Assembly (NCBI GenBank): GCA_964549305.1
Contig: CAZJVM010000030.1
Location: 3,906-32,566, forward strand
Length of the DNA: 28,661 nucleotides
DNA from: an uncultured bacterium
Lineage (GTDB): Bacteria > Schekmanbacteria > GWA2-38-11 > J061
Direction of reading: 5' to 3'
Shown here: piece by piece, positions 20,671 through 28,661 of the stretch
Position numbering within the stretch: position 1 is the first letter of the stretch
How the letters are laid out: every line of letters starts with the position of its first letter
Program-made: the position numbers and the translations under genes
The notes under the pieces: generated by a model
Database searches by the model: none
What the model was told of the DNA's origin: nothing
What the model saw: only the letters and a program-made list of their open reading frames with translations

Positions 20671-21347
20671 ACCCCGAGTTTTTCCGCAATTGATATCTTC
20701 AAAAGCTCTTTGCAGGTTTTTTCAAACTCATTTTTGCCAGCAGTTTGTTTTATTCTCTTCAAATTTTTTTCCCATCTTACAAGAAAGGATTTCTTTTCCT
20801 CTTTGGAGAGAAGGGATATTATTTTTTCGAATGATTCTTCTCTCAACTCTTCGAGCTCTTCATAGCGCTCTTCATCGTCTTCGACGCTCTTTCCCCTCTT
20901 TGTCCCAATCAATTCCTGAAGTTTCCCGCAAAATCCCTCCACTGCTTCACGAATTCGCGGTGAAACCCATTCGGAACTTTTGTTCTTTTCAATTTCTCTG
21001 AGCATGGAAGCTACATCCTCAGCCAAAGAGCGTTTCAATGCGTCACTTTCCGGTTGCATCCATTCATCCTGCGATCCTTTTTTCGCGTCGCACTGCTCCC
21101 GCCAAAGTTTCTGAACTTTTCTGTTGCACGATGACAATGTTACAATTCCGTTTACCTTATTTCTTTTTGAAAAATTTATCCCGTCTATTGTCAGCTCTAT
21201 CCCTTTTTTTATCACTTCAAGGGGTATACCGTCTTTTTCCCACTTCTTCATAACTTTGTAATCGGAAGTGCTTATCAAAAGCCCTCTTCCCCTTTTTGAG
21301 ACAAGATAATTTTCGATTTCCCTGTAATAATTTGTTTCAGTTTCCAT
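20667..21347 (-). CDS. Hypothetical protein with a DnaD-like N-terminal domain
   Basis: 226 aa from ATG 21347 (TAATG overlap with the mlaE stop); ISTSDYKVMKKWEKDGIPLEVIKKGIE resembles the DnaD/DnaB_2 helix pattern; ATGA overlap with the ATPase. Confidence 0.65.
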   Translation of the reverse strand: METETNYYREIENYLVSKRGRGLLISTSDYKVMKKWEKDGIPLEVIKKGIELTIDGINFSKRNKVNGIVTLSSCNRKVQKLWREQCDAKKGSQDEWMQPESDALKRSLAEDVASMLREIEKNKSSEWVSPRIREAVEGFCGKLQELIGTKRGKSVEDDEERYEELEELREESFEKIISLLSKEEKKSFLVRWEKNLKRIKQTAGKNEFEKTCKELLKISIAEKLGV

Positions 21348-22120
21348 TACGAGAAGAAAAGGGTTGTTAAAATGTAATCTGAAATAAGTATCAAAACAGA
21401 GGCAACGACAACAGCGCTTGTCGTCGCTTTTCCGACTCCCTCTGCTCCACCCTGAGTAAAATAACCCTTGTAGCACCCAACAAGGGTGAGAATCATTCCG
21501 AAAAACCCCGCTTTATAAAGCCCCTGCATAAGGTCGGAAAACTGGAGATTATCACGAATCCCCGCCCAGTAGACAACGGAACTCTGACCGAGAAATTTTA
21601 CGGTAACGACAAATCCTCCTAAAATCCCGATAAAATCCGCTATCACTGTCAGTAAGGGTAGTACTATGAGACCCGCGATTATACGCGGTACAATGAGATA
21701 TTGAAAAGGGTTGACTGCCATTACTTCCATTGCGTCAACCTGCTCGGTCACTTTCATCGTGCCGATTTCCGCCGCAATGAGCGAACCTGCCCTTCCGGTA
21801 ACCATCAATCCCGTAAGCACAGGGCCAAGTTCTCTTGACAGAGCGAGCGCCACAACGTATCCCACAAGATATTCCGCGTTGAACTGATGAAACCCCCTGT
21901 ATGTCTGAAGGGAAAAAACCGCGCCGGTGAAAAAACCTGTGAGGATTACCACGAGTACGGAATTAACGCCGATTACCTCCATCTGTTTAAGCATATTAAA
22001 AAACTTGAACGGAGGCCTGAACATCCACTGAATGAATTTTAAAAAGAAAAGTATTACCCTCCCCATCTCTTCGAGGGAAAGAGTAACTCTTCGTCCCAAC
22101 CACTCCATGAATACCGACAT
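21347..22120 (-). CDS. mlaE: MlaE-type ABC permease
   Basis: RELGPVLTGLMVTGRAGS, AEIGTMKVTEQVDAMEVMAVNP, GGAEGVGKATT. Confidence 0.95.
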   Translation of the reverse strand: MSVFMEWLGRRVTLSLEEMGRVILFFLKFIQWMFRPPFKFFNMLKQMEVIGVNSVLVVILTGFFTGAVFSLQTYRGFHQFNAEYLVGYVVALALSRELGPVLTGLMVTGRAGSLIAAEIGTMKVTEQVDAMEVMAVNPFQYLIVPRIIAGLIVLPLLTVIADFIGILGGFVVTVKFLGQSSVVYWAGIRDNLQFSDLMQGLYKAGFFGMILTLVGCYKGYFTQGGAEGVGKATTSAVVVASVLILISDYILTTLFFS

Positions 22121-22360
22121 AAGATAAATCCCCTGCGAAAATTAAGAATATTTTACCTTATCAATATATCTTCTAAAAAAATACTATACACAAGAGGAGT
22201 AAAAGATTCTATTAATAATTTTTTTCTGAAAAAAAAATTATTTAGATTCTTATTTTATCTAATTATATGCCCACTCTTCAAGATGAAGGTTTAGGAGTTG
22301 TAAATTAAAAATGACATTTCGCTTCAGGATATTTCTTAACGAAAAAAACGGAAATAACTT

Positions 22361-23230
22361 TTAGATGATGAGTTTGTTAAGGGGATATTCGACTATACCC
22401 GTAGCGCCGGCACTTTTCAGTTTCGGAATAATGTCGCGGACAACTTTCTCGTCGATTATGACTTCAATTGCAATCCACTTTTCATCGAAAAGGGATGAAA
22501 TCGTGGGGGCGTGAAGAGCGGGAATAAGCGATGTGATTCTTTTAAGGTTTTTCTTCTCCACATTCATTTTGAGACCGACTTTTCCCTCTGCGTTCAGGGC
22601 AGCCTGAAGGAGCAGTGAGATGTCCTCTATTTTTTTTCTTGTTTTCGTTTTTTTCCAGGATTCCTTGTTGGCAATAAGCTTTGTCGTCGATTCAAGAATT
22701 GTTTCCACTATCCTCAGGTTGTTTGCCCTGAGCGATGAGCCTGTTTCCGTGATTTCAACTATGGCATCGGCAAGTTTTGGCGCTTTTACTTCCGTTGCGC
22801 CCCATGAAAACTCTATATCACAGTCAATTTTTTTGCTCTTGAAATATTTCTTCGTGAAATTGAGAAGTTCCGTCGCGATTCTTTTTCCCCTGAGATCGGA
22901 TACTTTTTTAACGGGCGAATCATTGGGCACGGCGACAACCCATTTTACGGGACGAAGTCCTCCTTTGGCATAATACAGGTCAGCCACATCCACAACCTTC
23001 GCGCCCTGCTCCATTATCCAGTCCTTACCGGTAATTCCCGCGTCGAGCACTCCGTCCTGAACATATTTTGCCATCTCCTGAGCCCTTATGAGAAGACACT
23101 CTATTTCAGGGTCGTCAATATAAGGCACATAAGACCTTGAAGATACGGAAATATTGAATCCGGCTTTTCTGAATACCTTAAATGTAGATTCCTGAAGGCT
23201 TCCCTTCGGAAGACCAAGCTTAAGTTTCAT
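22361..23230 (-). CDS. hisG: ATP phosphoribosyltransferase, long form
   Basis: [39 protein letters not shown]-terminal regulatory domain. Confidence 0.96.
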   Translation of the reverse strand: MKLKLGLPKGSLQESTFKVFRKAGFNISVSSRSYVPYIDDPEIECLLIRAQEMAKYVQDGVLDAGITGKDWIMEQGAKVVDVADLYYAKGGLRPVKWVVAVPNDSPVKKVSDLRGKRIATELLNFTKKYFKSKKIDCDIEFSWGATEVKAPKLADAIVEITETGSSLRANNLRIVETILESTTKLIANKESWKKTKTRKKIEDISLLLQAALNAEGKVGLKMNVEKKNLKRITSLIPALHAPTISSLFDEKWIAIEVIIDEKVVRDIIPKLKSAGATGIVEYPLNKLII

Positions 23231-23408
23231 TTGAACACCTCGCCTCGGTTAAAAAAACGCGCTATTAGTAACTTTAAAACAGGGGGAAAGTCAACAACAA
23301 TTTATTCCGGCAAAGATTTTATTTTCCTTATGGCTATTGACTTTCAGACAGAAAATTTATTACTTTGTCAGACTTGATTTTAACCATATTTTAAAAAGGA
23401 GAATAAAT

Positions 23409-24032
23409 ATGTCGGTAAAGAGAAAAAGGGAATTGCATTTTCGGGCGCTGTTGATTCCGGTTTTGTTTCTCTTTATGGCCCATTTTACTTATGTGGGTAA
23501 CGCTGAAGAAAAGAAAACTGAAAAAAAGGAGAATCCAGTGGTAATTATGAAAACGACACTTGGCGATATAGAAATTGAACTTTATACGGAAAAAGCTCCG
23601 AAATCCGTTGAGAATTTTTTATCTTATGTCAATGCCAATTATTACAGCGGTCTTATTTTTCACAGGGTAATGCCGGGTTTTATGATTCAGGGCGGTGGTT
23701 TTTCGGCCAAGATGCTTCAAAAAAAACCGAATGCCTCTATTAAAAACGAGGCGGGCAACGGATTAAAAAATGACCGTGGTACTCTTGCCATGGCAAGGAC
23801 GCAGGAAGTGGACAGCGCCACATCGCAGTTTTTTATAAATCTCGTTGACAACGATTTTCTAAATCACAGGGACGAAACACCTCGTGGATTCGGTTACGCG
23901 GTTTTCGGCAAGGTTACAAAGGGAATGGATATCGTTGACGAAATCGCAAAGGTTAAAACGACAACAGTAGGACCCTTTCAAAATGTACCGGTCGAACCGG
24001 TAACAATAGTTTCCGCAAAAGAGGATGAATAA
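23409..24032 (+). CDS. ppiA: Cyclophilin-type peptidyl-prolyl cis-trans isomerase, exported
   Basis: [39 protein letters not shown]; start moved to ATG 23409 after an AGGAGA RBS; signal peptide. Confidence 0.92.
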   Translation: MSVKRKRELHFRALLIPVLFLFMAHFTYVGNAEEKKTEKKENPVVIMKTTLGDIEIELYTEKAPKSVENFLSYVNANYYSGLIFHRVMPGFMIQGGGFSAKMLQKKPNASIKNEAGNGLKNDRGTLAMARTQEVDSATSQFFINLVDNDFLNHRDETPRGFGYAVFGKVTKGMDIVDEIAKVKTTTVGPFQNVPVEPVTIVSAKEDE

Positions 24033-24058
24033 ATAACTGTTCATTAAAGTAAATCAAG

Positions 24059-24095
24059 ACAGAAAGGAGAATTGATATCTCCTTTCTGTTTTTTT
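24059..24095 (+). terminator. Intrinsic terminator
   Basis: 12-bp stem ACAGAAAGGAGA/TCTCCTTTCTGT, 7-nt loop, T-run. Confidence 0.85.
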
Positions 24096-24250
24096 GTTTT
24101 TCATTTCTTCTTCAATCCGGAAAGCAGATTAAGGTTATTCAATTGAACAGACATTCATATTTTATTGACAAAATATTTTAATCTAATATTTAGATTCCTG
24201 ATAATTTGACAATTAACTTATAATTTTCACTGCCTGGGGGGGATTTTTAA

Positions 24251-24991
24251 ATGGATATCGACACTTCCAATCTGACCTTTTTTGTCGCTCTTCAGGCATC
24301 CGTTATGCTTGGATTTTTACATGGAATTTCGCCCTGCGGACATTCGTGGCCCATTTTGGCACCTTTTTGCATTTCATCCAAAAGCCTTAAAAAAGCTCTC
24401 ACCATATGTACTTTTTTCTGTCTCGGATCAATAATTGCCTGCGTTTTTCTCGGCGCTTTACTGGGGCTTGTAGGAAATGTGGTGCCTGAGGCATGGGATA
24501 CATATTTTGGGATTGTTACAGCAATAATACTTATGATTCTCGGATTAACAATGATTGTAAAACCCGAACTTCTTCACTTTGAAGATGAAAAAGAGCACGA
24601 TATGGAAGAGCGCGCGAAGCTTGCATTGAGCGGACACGCCGAAGAGGCAGAAAAGGAAAGCAGTAAAAAATTTAAACACGGCGTGCAGTGGGGTATGTTT
24701 TCCATAGGGTTTGTCAATATGATTCTTCCCTGCCCTACGGCAAGCATTATGTACTCTTACGCGCTCATCTCAAAAAGCGTATTCACGGGAACGATTATAT
24801 TTCTTGCTTACGCGCTGTCGACTTCCGTCGTCCTTTTTGTAATATCCTACCTGATAGGCAAAGCCACCGGTTTTTTTAAAAACCTTAGCGATGAGAAGTA
24901 CGAAGTAATGATAAACAGAATAAGCGGGCTTCTGATTATCGCTTTCGGAATATATATGGTTTTTTCCGAAAGCAATCTGCTAATGGAATAA
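24251..24991 (+). CDS. UreH/DsbD_2/NicO-like membrane protein (possible Ni/Co transporter)
   Basis: About 6 TM helices; GFLHGISPCGHSWP and ILPCP motifs; His/acidic central loop. Confidence 0.7.
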   Translation: MDIDTSNLTFFVALQASVMLGFLHGISPCGHSWPILAPFCISSKSLKKALTICTFFCLGSIIACVFLGALLGLVGNVVPEAWDTYFGIVTAIILMILGLTMIVKPELLHFEDEKEHDMEERAKLALSGHAEEAEKESSKKFKHGVQWGMFSIGFVNMILPCPTASIMYSYALISKSVFTGTIIFLAYALSTSVVLFVISYLIGKATGFFKNLSDEKYEVMINRISGLLIIAFGIYMVFSESNLLME

Positions 24992-25015
24992 AACTGTATT
25001 CGACAAAAGACATAT

Positions 25016-25705
25016 CTAAAAAAGTATATCGAGATGCCTTTTCGCCCAATCTTCTCCGAAAAGCCTGATAGTGTGGATTGCGCCGGGGTCTTTTTCCTTA
25101 TAAATCGCTGTATAGTAATTCATAAACTCTTTTATTTTAGACCTTGTCTCATCCGATACGGGTTGCGCCTTTTGAGCAAAATCCAGATATAATTCGAGAT
25201 ATTTTATAAACGCTTCCTTAACTCTTTCTTCCTTTTCCGTTTCCGCCATGCAATGAATCCCGTATCCTGACCTAAATTCGGCAGTCCAGGTGGCTTTCAG
25301 GTGTTTGTTTTCCAAATCGGTGTAACAGGATTGCAAATCTTTTAAGGGGTCTACATATTTCTTTACATATTCATCTGTTCTCAAAACGGGCTTTATATCG
25401 AGGACAATGAGAATGCGCCCTTTGATTTCCCTGATATCGTAAGCAAAGATTGGCAAATCATACTTTACATCTGAAAAAATCGTTCCCGCGTAACCGTACC
25501 CGATATCATCGTTTCCGCCTTTGCCGAGGCAAATTTTTCTGAACTTATCGCTCTTTCTCAGCCAGGTGTAACTCGTATAATTTCCGCCGTCTGGATTAGG
25601 AACGGTTTTTTCGAGAAGGTCGGCATCTATGCCTGTGATCTCTTCCAACGGGAAATTTCTTTCAGAAAGCTTTTCTTCTACAATCGCAGTGCAATTTATA
25701 TTCAC
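25016..25705 (-). CDS. Ferredoxin-dependent bilin reductase (PebA/PebB/RCCR-like) family protein
   Basis: KFRKI, YDLPIFAYDI, IVLDIKPV, AFIKYLELY, EKDPG...LFGEDWA...ILF; GTG start 7 nt after GGAGGT. Confidence 0.75.
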   Translation of the reverse strand: MNINCTAIVEEKLSERNFPLEEITGIDADLLEKTVPNPDGGNYTSYTWLRKSDKFRKICLGKGGNDDIGYGYAGTIFSDVKYDLPIFAYDIREIKGRILIVLDIKPVLRTDEYVKKYVDPLKDLQSCYTDLENKHLKATWTAEFRSGYGIHCMAETEKEERVKEAFIKYLELYLDFAQKAQPVSDETRSKIKEFMNYYTAIYKEKDPGAIHTIRLFGEDWAKRHLDILF

Positions 25706-25740
25706 TTTTCATACCTCCGTATAGACAAAATCATTAAATT

Positions 25741-25786
25741 GAGTGCTCACTCGATACTATATAGCTGATTATAATCAATCTGACAA
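25741..25786 (-). promoter_or_regulatory. Putative sigma70 promoter and palindromic operator for the FDBR-like gene
   Basis: Minus strand TTGTCA-N17-TATATA; palindrome GAGTG-CT-CACTC (25741-25752) at the predicted transcription start. Confidence 0.5.
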
Positions 25787-25799
25787 GTTTTTTAAAAAC

Positions 25800-26810
25800 T
25801 TATTTTAAACTCTTTCTCGCTGTTATAATCTGAGAAAATACCGGAGGTCCGGGGTCGAAAAGCGATATCTTTTTAAAACCTGCCTGCTTGAGCCAATCGC
25901 TCACTTCTATAAAACGGTAGGACCTGCCCTGTGTAAAAAGCAGCATAACCGTTGAGAATATTGCCGCATCGGGGGGTTTTGTCCCGCTGTTATCAAGTAT
26001 ATGGTCTTTTATAATTATCATTCCTCCGGGATTCATGGAATCATATATTTTTTTCATAAGAGCGACATTCTTCTCCGCACTCTCGGAATGTATAATATTT
26101 GAGAGAAACGCCGCGTCAAAACCCGTTGGAAGGTTATCTTTGTTAAAATCACCGGGCAGAAGGTCAATCCTGTCTTCCATAACAAATTGTTCAATAACCT
26201 TCTTCGCAATTTTTAGAGTACCGGGAAAATCAAAAACCGTTGCCCGAAGCTTCGGATTTTCACGGCAGAATGCCACTGAAAACGTCCCCGGCCCGCCACC
26301 TATGTCTATTAGCCATCCGCAGTTTTTCAAATCGATTTTTTGTGCAAGATATTGCGCGTTTCCACGCGCCATGGCAATGCTGTGCATACCCATTATGAAC
26401 TTTTCAGTTTCCTCTTCATTATTTTGAAACATATCGGGTGTCCTTGCCGGCTTTCCGCTTTTAACGGAATCGGAAAGCTTATCCCAGAAAGACCACTGAA
26501 GAGCATCAAACTCTATCATATTACCATAATAATGTTCGGAGCCTTTAACGAGAAATTTTTCGGCATCGGGAGAATTGAAGTATTTTTTCCCTCTCTTAAT
26601 CAGAAAATTCATTCCCGCCAAGGCATCAAGGAGTATGGAAAGCCCTCTTTCGTCGGAACCCATCTCACTTGCAAGGAGAGAAGATGTTTTCCCTCTTTTT
26701 TCCAGTCTCGAAAATATTTCAAGTTTTACTGCCGATTGGAGTATGGCGGACTTCTGAAATGCTACTGATAAATCCATAATAGCGGATAAATCTGAATTTT
26801 TCTTAATCAT
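25800..26810 (-). CDS. SAM-dependent methyltransferase, Methyltransf_2 type (BchU/CrtF/ASMT-like)
   Basis: N-terminal dimerisation wHTH, IDIGGGPG, GDFNKD, LSNIIH; start may be 26843. Confidence 0.88.
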   Translation of the reverse strand: MIKKNSDLSAIMDLSVAFQKSAILQSAVKLEIFSRLEKRGKTSSLLASEMGSDERGLSILLDALAGMNFLIKRGKKYFNSPDAEKFLVKGSEHYYGNMIEFDALQWSFWDKLSDSVKSGKPARTPDMFQNNEEETEKFIMGMHSIAMARGNAQYLAQKIDLKNCGWLIDIGGGPGTFSVAFCRENPKLRATVFDFPGTLKIAKKVIEQFVMEDRIDLLPGDFNKDNLPTGFDAAFLSNIIHSESAEKNVALMKKIYDSMNPGGMIIIKDHILDNSGTKPPDAAIFSTVMLLFTQGRSYRFIEVSDWLKQAGFKKISLFDPGPPVFSQIITARKSLK

Positions 26811-26861
26811 CTTTTCTCTCCCCCCCCTCAAGAAATTAACCATCTCCGGAAAATTTAGAAA

Positions 26862-28040
26862 TCAGGATTTACCGTTTGAAAGAGGAAAAGTATCTCTTAA
26901 GAAGTCCGCGAGAAATCCCGCGGCAAGTCCGTTGCCTTTTTTATTCCAATGACCTTCGTAAAAAATATCCCACTTTCCCTCTTTGCTCAAACCGTTAAAT
27001 CTTTCAGTCATATCAATAAAAGGAATATCATTTTTGCTCAGGAAATCGCTTAAAACCCTGTTGGGTTTCAAGGCATCGTAATCATCCTTTGAAAGCCCGA
27101 AAGTTTTAAGATAATTTTGCCAGCTCAGGGGAAAAAGCTGATAGTACGCGGGGATAATCATAATCGCAAAACGATAATTTTTCGTTTTACACTTTTCTTT
27201 GAATTTTAGAAATATATCCTGCGTTAATTTTATTCCCTTTTCCGTTACAGGTTCATAATTTTTTTTAAAAATATCAAGCTGTTTCACTTCGAGAATATAA
27301 TAGGGGTTAACAGCTTTTCTGCTTCCAAGTTTCAGTTTTAGGATTTCATAGCGTTTTCTGATAAATGAAAAGAAACTACTGTACCGCGAGACAAACTCCA
27401 GGAATTTATCGGAAATTTTCATATTTCCCCTTTTTATCCCCGCAAGATAATTATCGAAGAGATAACCATCCTTTACCTCTTTACGCTTCACTCCCCCTAT
27501 AATGTTGTCAGTAATGTCATTCCCCATATAAAAGCAGAGAATGACAATATCGGGTTCGTATGAAGGAAGATATTTTTCAAAAACGGCAAGTTCCTGGTCC
27601 GTCCCGAATCCGGGAATTCCGAAATTTACAGAAGTGATCAGTTGCTCATTTCCCTCACCATTTAAAATCTTCTCCGTCTGCTCGGAGAATGTTTCATAAC
27701 TTTCAACATTCCATCCAAATGTGAATGAGTCACCTACAAAAGCGATTCTTGTTTCTCCGTCTCTTTTTTTCTCTAAATCTTCCTCCCTGAATCCGTCTCT
27801 GTTGGTTTTTAGTGTTTCTCCGTGAAAAAGCAGATTCAGGTTAGGCCTGAATTTATATCCGGTAAAGGCGTCATTCACGTAAATATCAGGAGGGTCTTCT
27901 GAAAAGCTTATTTTTTCCCCACTCTTTTTGTTTCGGCCTATAAAATCATATCCCCTGAAACCTGCCTCAATGAGAAGGAATAGAAAAATCAATATGAAGG
28001 TAGTAAAAAGAAAGTTTTTTAAGATATTGTTTTTAAACAT
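26862..28040 (-). CDS. Membrane-anchored SGNH/GDSL-fold protein (AlgX/AlgJ-like)
   Basis: N-terminal TM helix, VGDSFTFG, NFGIPGFG, GNDITDN, EGHWNKKG. Confidence 0.85.
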   Translation of the reverse strand: MFKNNILKNFLFTTFILIFLFLLIEAGFRGYDFIGRNKKSGEKISFSEDPPDIYVNDAFTGYKFRPNLNLLFHGETLKTNRDGFREEDLEKKRDGETRIAFVGDSFTFGWNVESYETFSEQTEKILNGEGNEQLITSVNFGIPGFGTDQELAVFEKYLPSYEPDIVILCFYMGNDITDNIIGGVKRKEVKDGYLFDNYLAGIKRGNMKISDKFLEFVSRYSSFFSFIRKRYEILKLKLGSRKAVNPYYILEVKQLDIFKKNYEPVTEKGIKLTQDIFLKFKEKCKTKNYRFAIMIIPAYYQLFPLSWQNYLKTFGLSKDDYDALKPNRVLSDFLSKNDIPFIDMTERFNGLSKEGKWDIFYEGHWNKKGNGLAAGFLADFLRDTFPLSNGKS

Positions 28041-28170
28041 TATTATTCCCTGAAAAAGCCCGACGCCATATATAGTTTAATCGTAACTGCAGAAAGTTTA
28101 AAAATCAACGGCAAAATAAAATTTTTTTTAAAAACAAGGGAGTAACGCCATCTCAAAAGCAAGCCTCAAT

Positions 28171-28298
28171 ATGTCGGAAAATTGAACACTTTTAAAGTAA
28201 ACCCTTATATTTCTAACTTATTGATTTATAAGGACATTATCTCTATAAATAGATTAAAATATTAAATAACACAATTAAAAGTGTCGATTTTTTAGACA
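28171..28298 (+). promoter_or_regulatory. Putative enhancer (bEBP) sites and IHF site
   Basis: TGTCGGAAAATTGAACA (28172-28188) and TGTCGATTTTTTAGACA (28282-28298), both TGT-N11-ACA; IHF consensus AATCAATAAGTTA on the minus strand (28214-28226). Confidence 0.6.
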
Positions 28299-28404
28299 AA
28301 AAAAAGGTTTCGGGCTTTTCATACATAAAATTATAAAAAGAAATATCAATAATATTCTCCAATATTTCAATAAGTTATTAATTTTTTTGATAGTTGCGTT
28401 TTTT

Positions 28405-28421
28405 TTGGCACAGAAAGTGCA
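28405..28421 (+). promoter_or_regulatory. Sigma54 (-24/-12) promoter
   Basis: TTGGCACAGAAAGTGCA, GG 28407-28408 and GC 28419-28420. Confidence 0.82.
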
Positions 28422-28476
28422 TATATCTGATAGGTCGTTAGAGAAACTTTCAGAAATTAATTTGGGAGGCTAAATA

Positions 28477-28661
28477 ATGAAGAATATTTTTTCAATAAGT
28501 TTCATAGTTCTAATTTTTGTTTTCAGCGCGTTTGCGGCAAATGCAACAATTGATTTGGCACCTGTGGCGGAGGGTACATCGGGAAAACAATTCACTAAAA
28601 AGACTTACAGCAGCTCATCGGGGAGCAGCACAACCATTACGACTGTTTCTGTTTACAGCAG
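28477..28661 (+). CDS. 5' end of a secreted protein, truncated by the window edge and absent from the ORF track
   Basis: GGAGGC RBS; open frame MKNIFSISFIVLIFVFSAFAANA-TIDLAPVAEGTSGKQFTKKTYSSSSGSSTT..., with a Sec signal peptide ending in A-N-A. Confidence 0.8.
   Translation, partial: MKNIFSISFIVLIFVFSAFAANATIDLAPVAEGTSGKQFTKKTYSSSSGSSTTITTVSVYS

Noticed and set aside
21348-21476. 43-aa N-terminal extension of the 269-aa ORF, with a Cys cluster
   Set aside because: It overlaps mlaE in another frame; ATG 21347 with TAATG coupling is the more plausible start
23337-23408. TTG-start extension of the cyclophilin
   Set aside because: The RBS and signal peptide fit ATG 23409; the TTG falls in a TTGACT -35-like hexamer

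Overview
Bacterial chromosomal window, mostly housekeeping genes, from a diderm that is probably anaerobic or microaerophilic. No tRNA, rRNA, CRISPR array or intact mobile element was recognised. Left to right: radA, a beta-propeller lipoprotein, metG and a TatD/radical-SAM fusion (+); HU, a USP protein, a DASS/SLC13 transporter and an Fe-S-type APS reductase (-); a sigma54-driven PEP-CTERM protein, a W/Mo aldehyde:ferredoxin-oxidoreductase-family enzyme and a divergent HemF-like protein (+); a minus-strand operon transcribed mlaE, DnaD-like, DnaC-like, mlaF, mlaD, Pro-aromatic repeat protein, ligA, PhnP-like hydrolase; hisG; a cyclophilin; a UreH/DsbD_2-like membrane protein; a ferredoxin-dependent bilin reductase (FDBR)-like gene, an O-methyltransferase and an SGNH protein (-); and the 5' end of a secreted protein. 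The most unusual items are four. (1) A HemF-like protein with a rewired active site follows a Cys-motif W/Mo oxidoreductase. (2) An FDBR-like gene has no phototrophy or heme oxygenase genes nearby. (3) A DnaD/DnaC-like pair is translationally coupled inside an Mla/MCE operon that also carries an unknown repeat protein. (4) Two sigma54 promoters 18.5 kb apart share the same enhancer/IHF architecture. All family calls come from motif recognition by eye, not from database searches.
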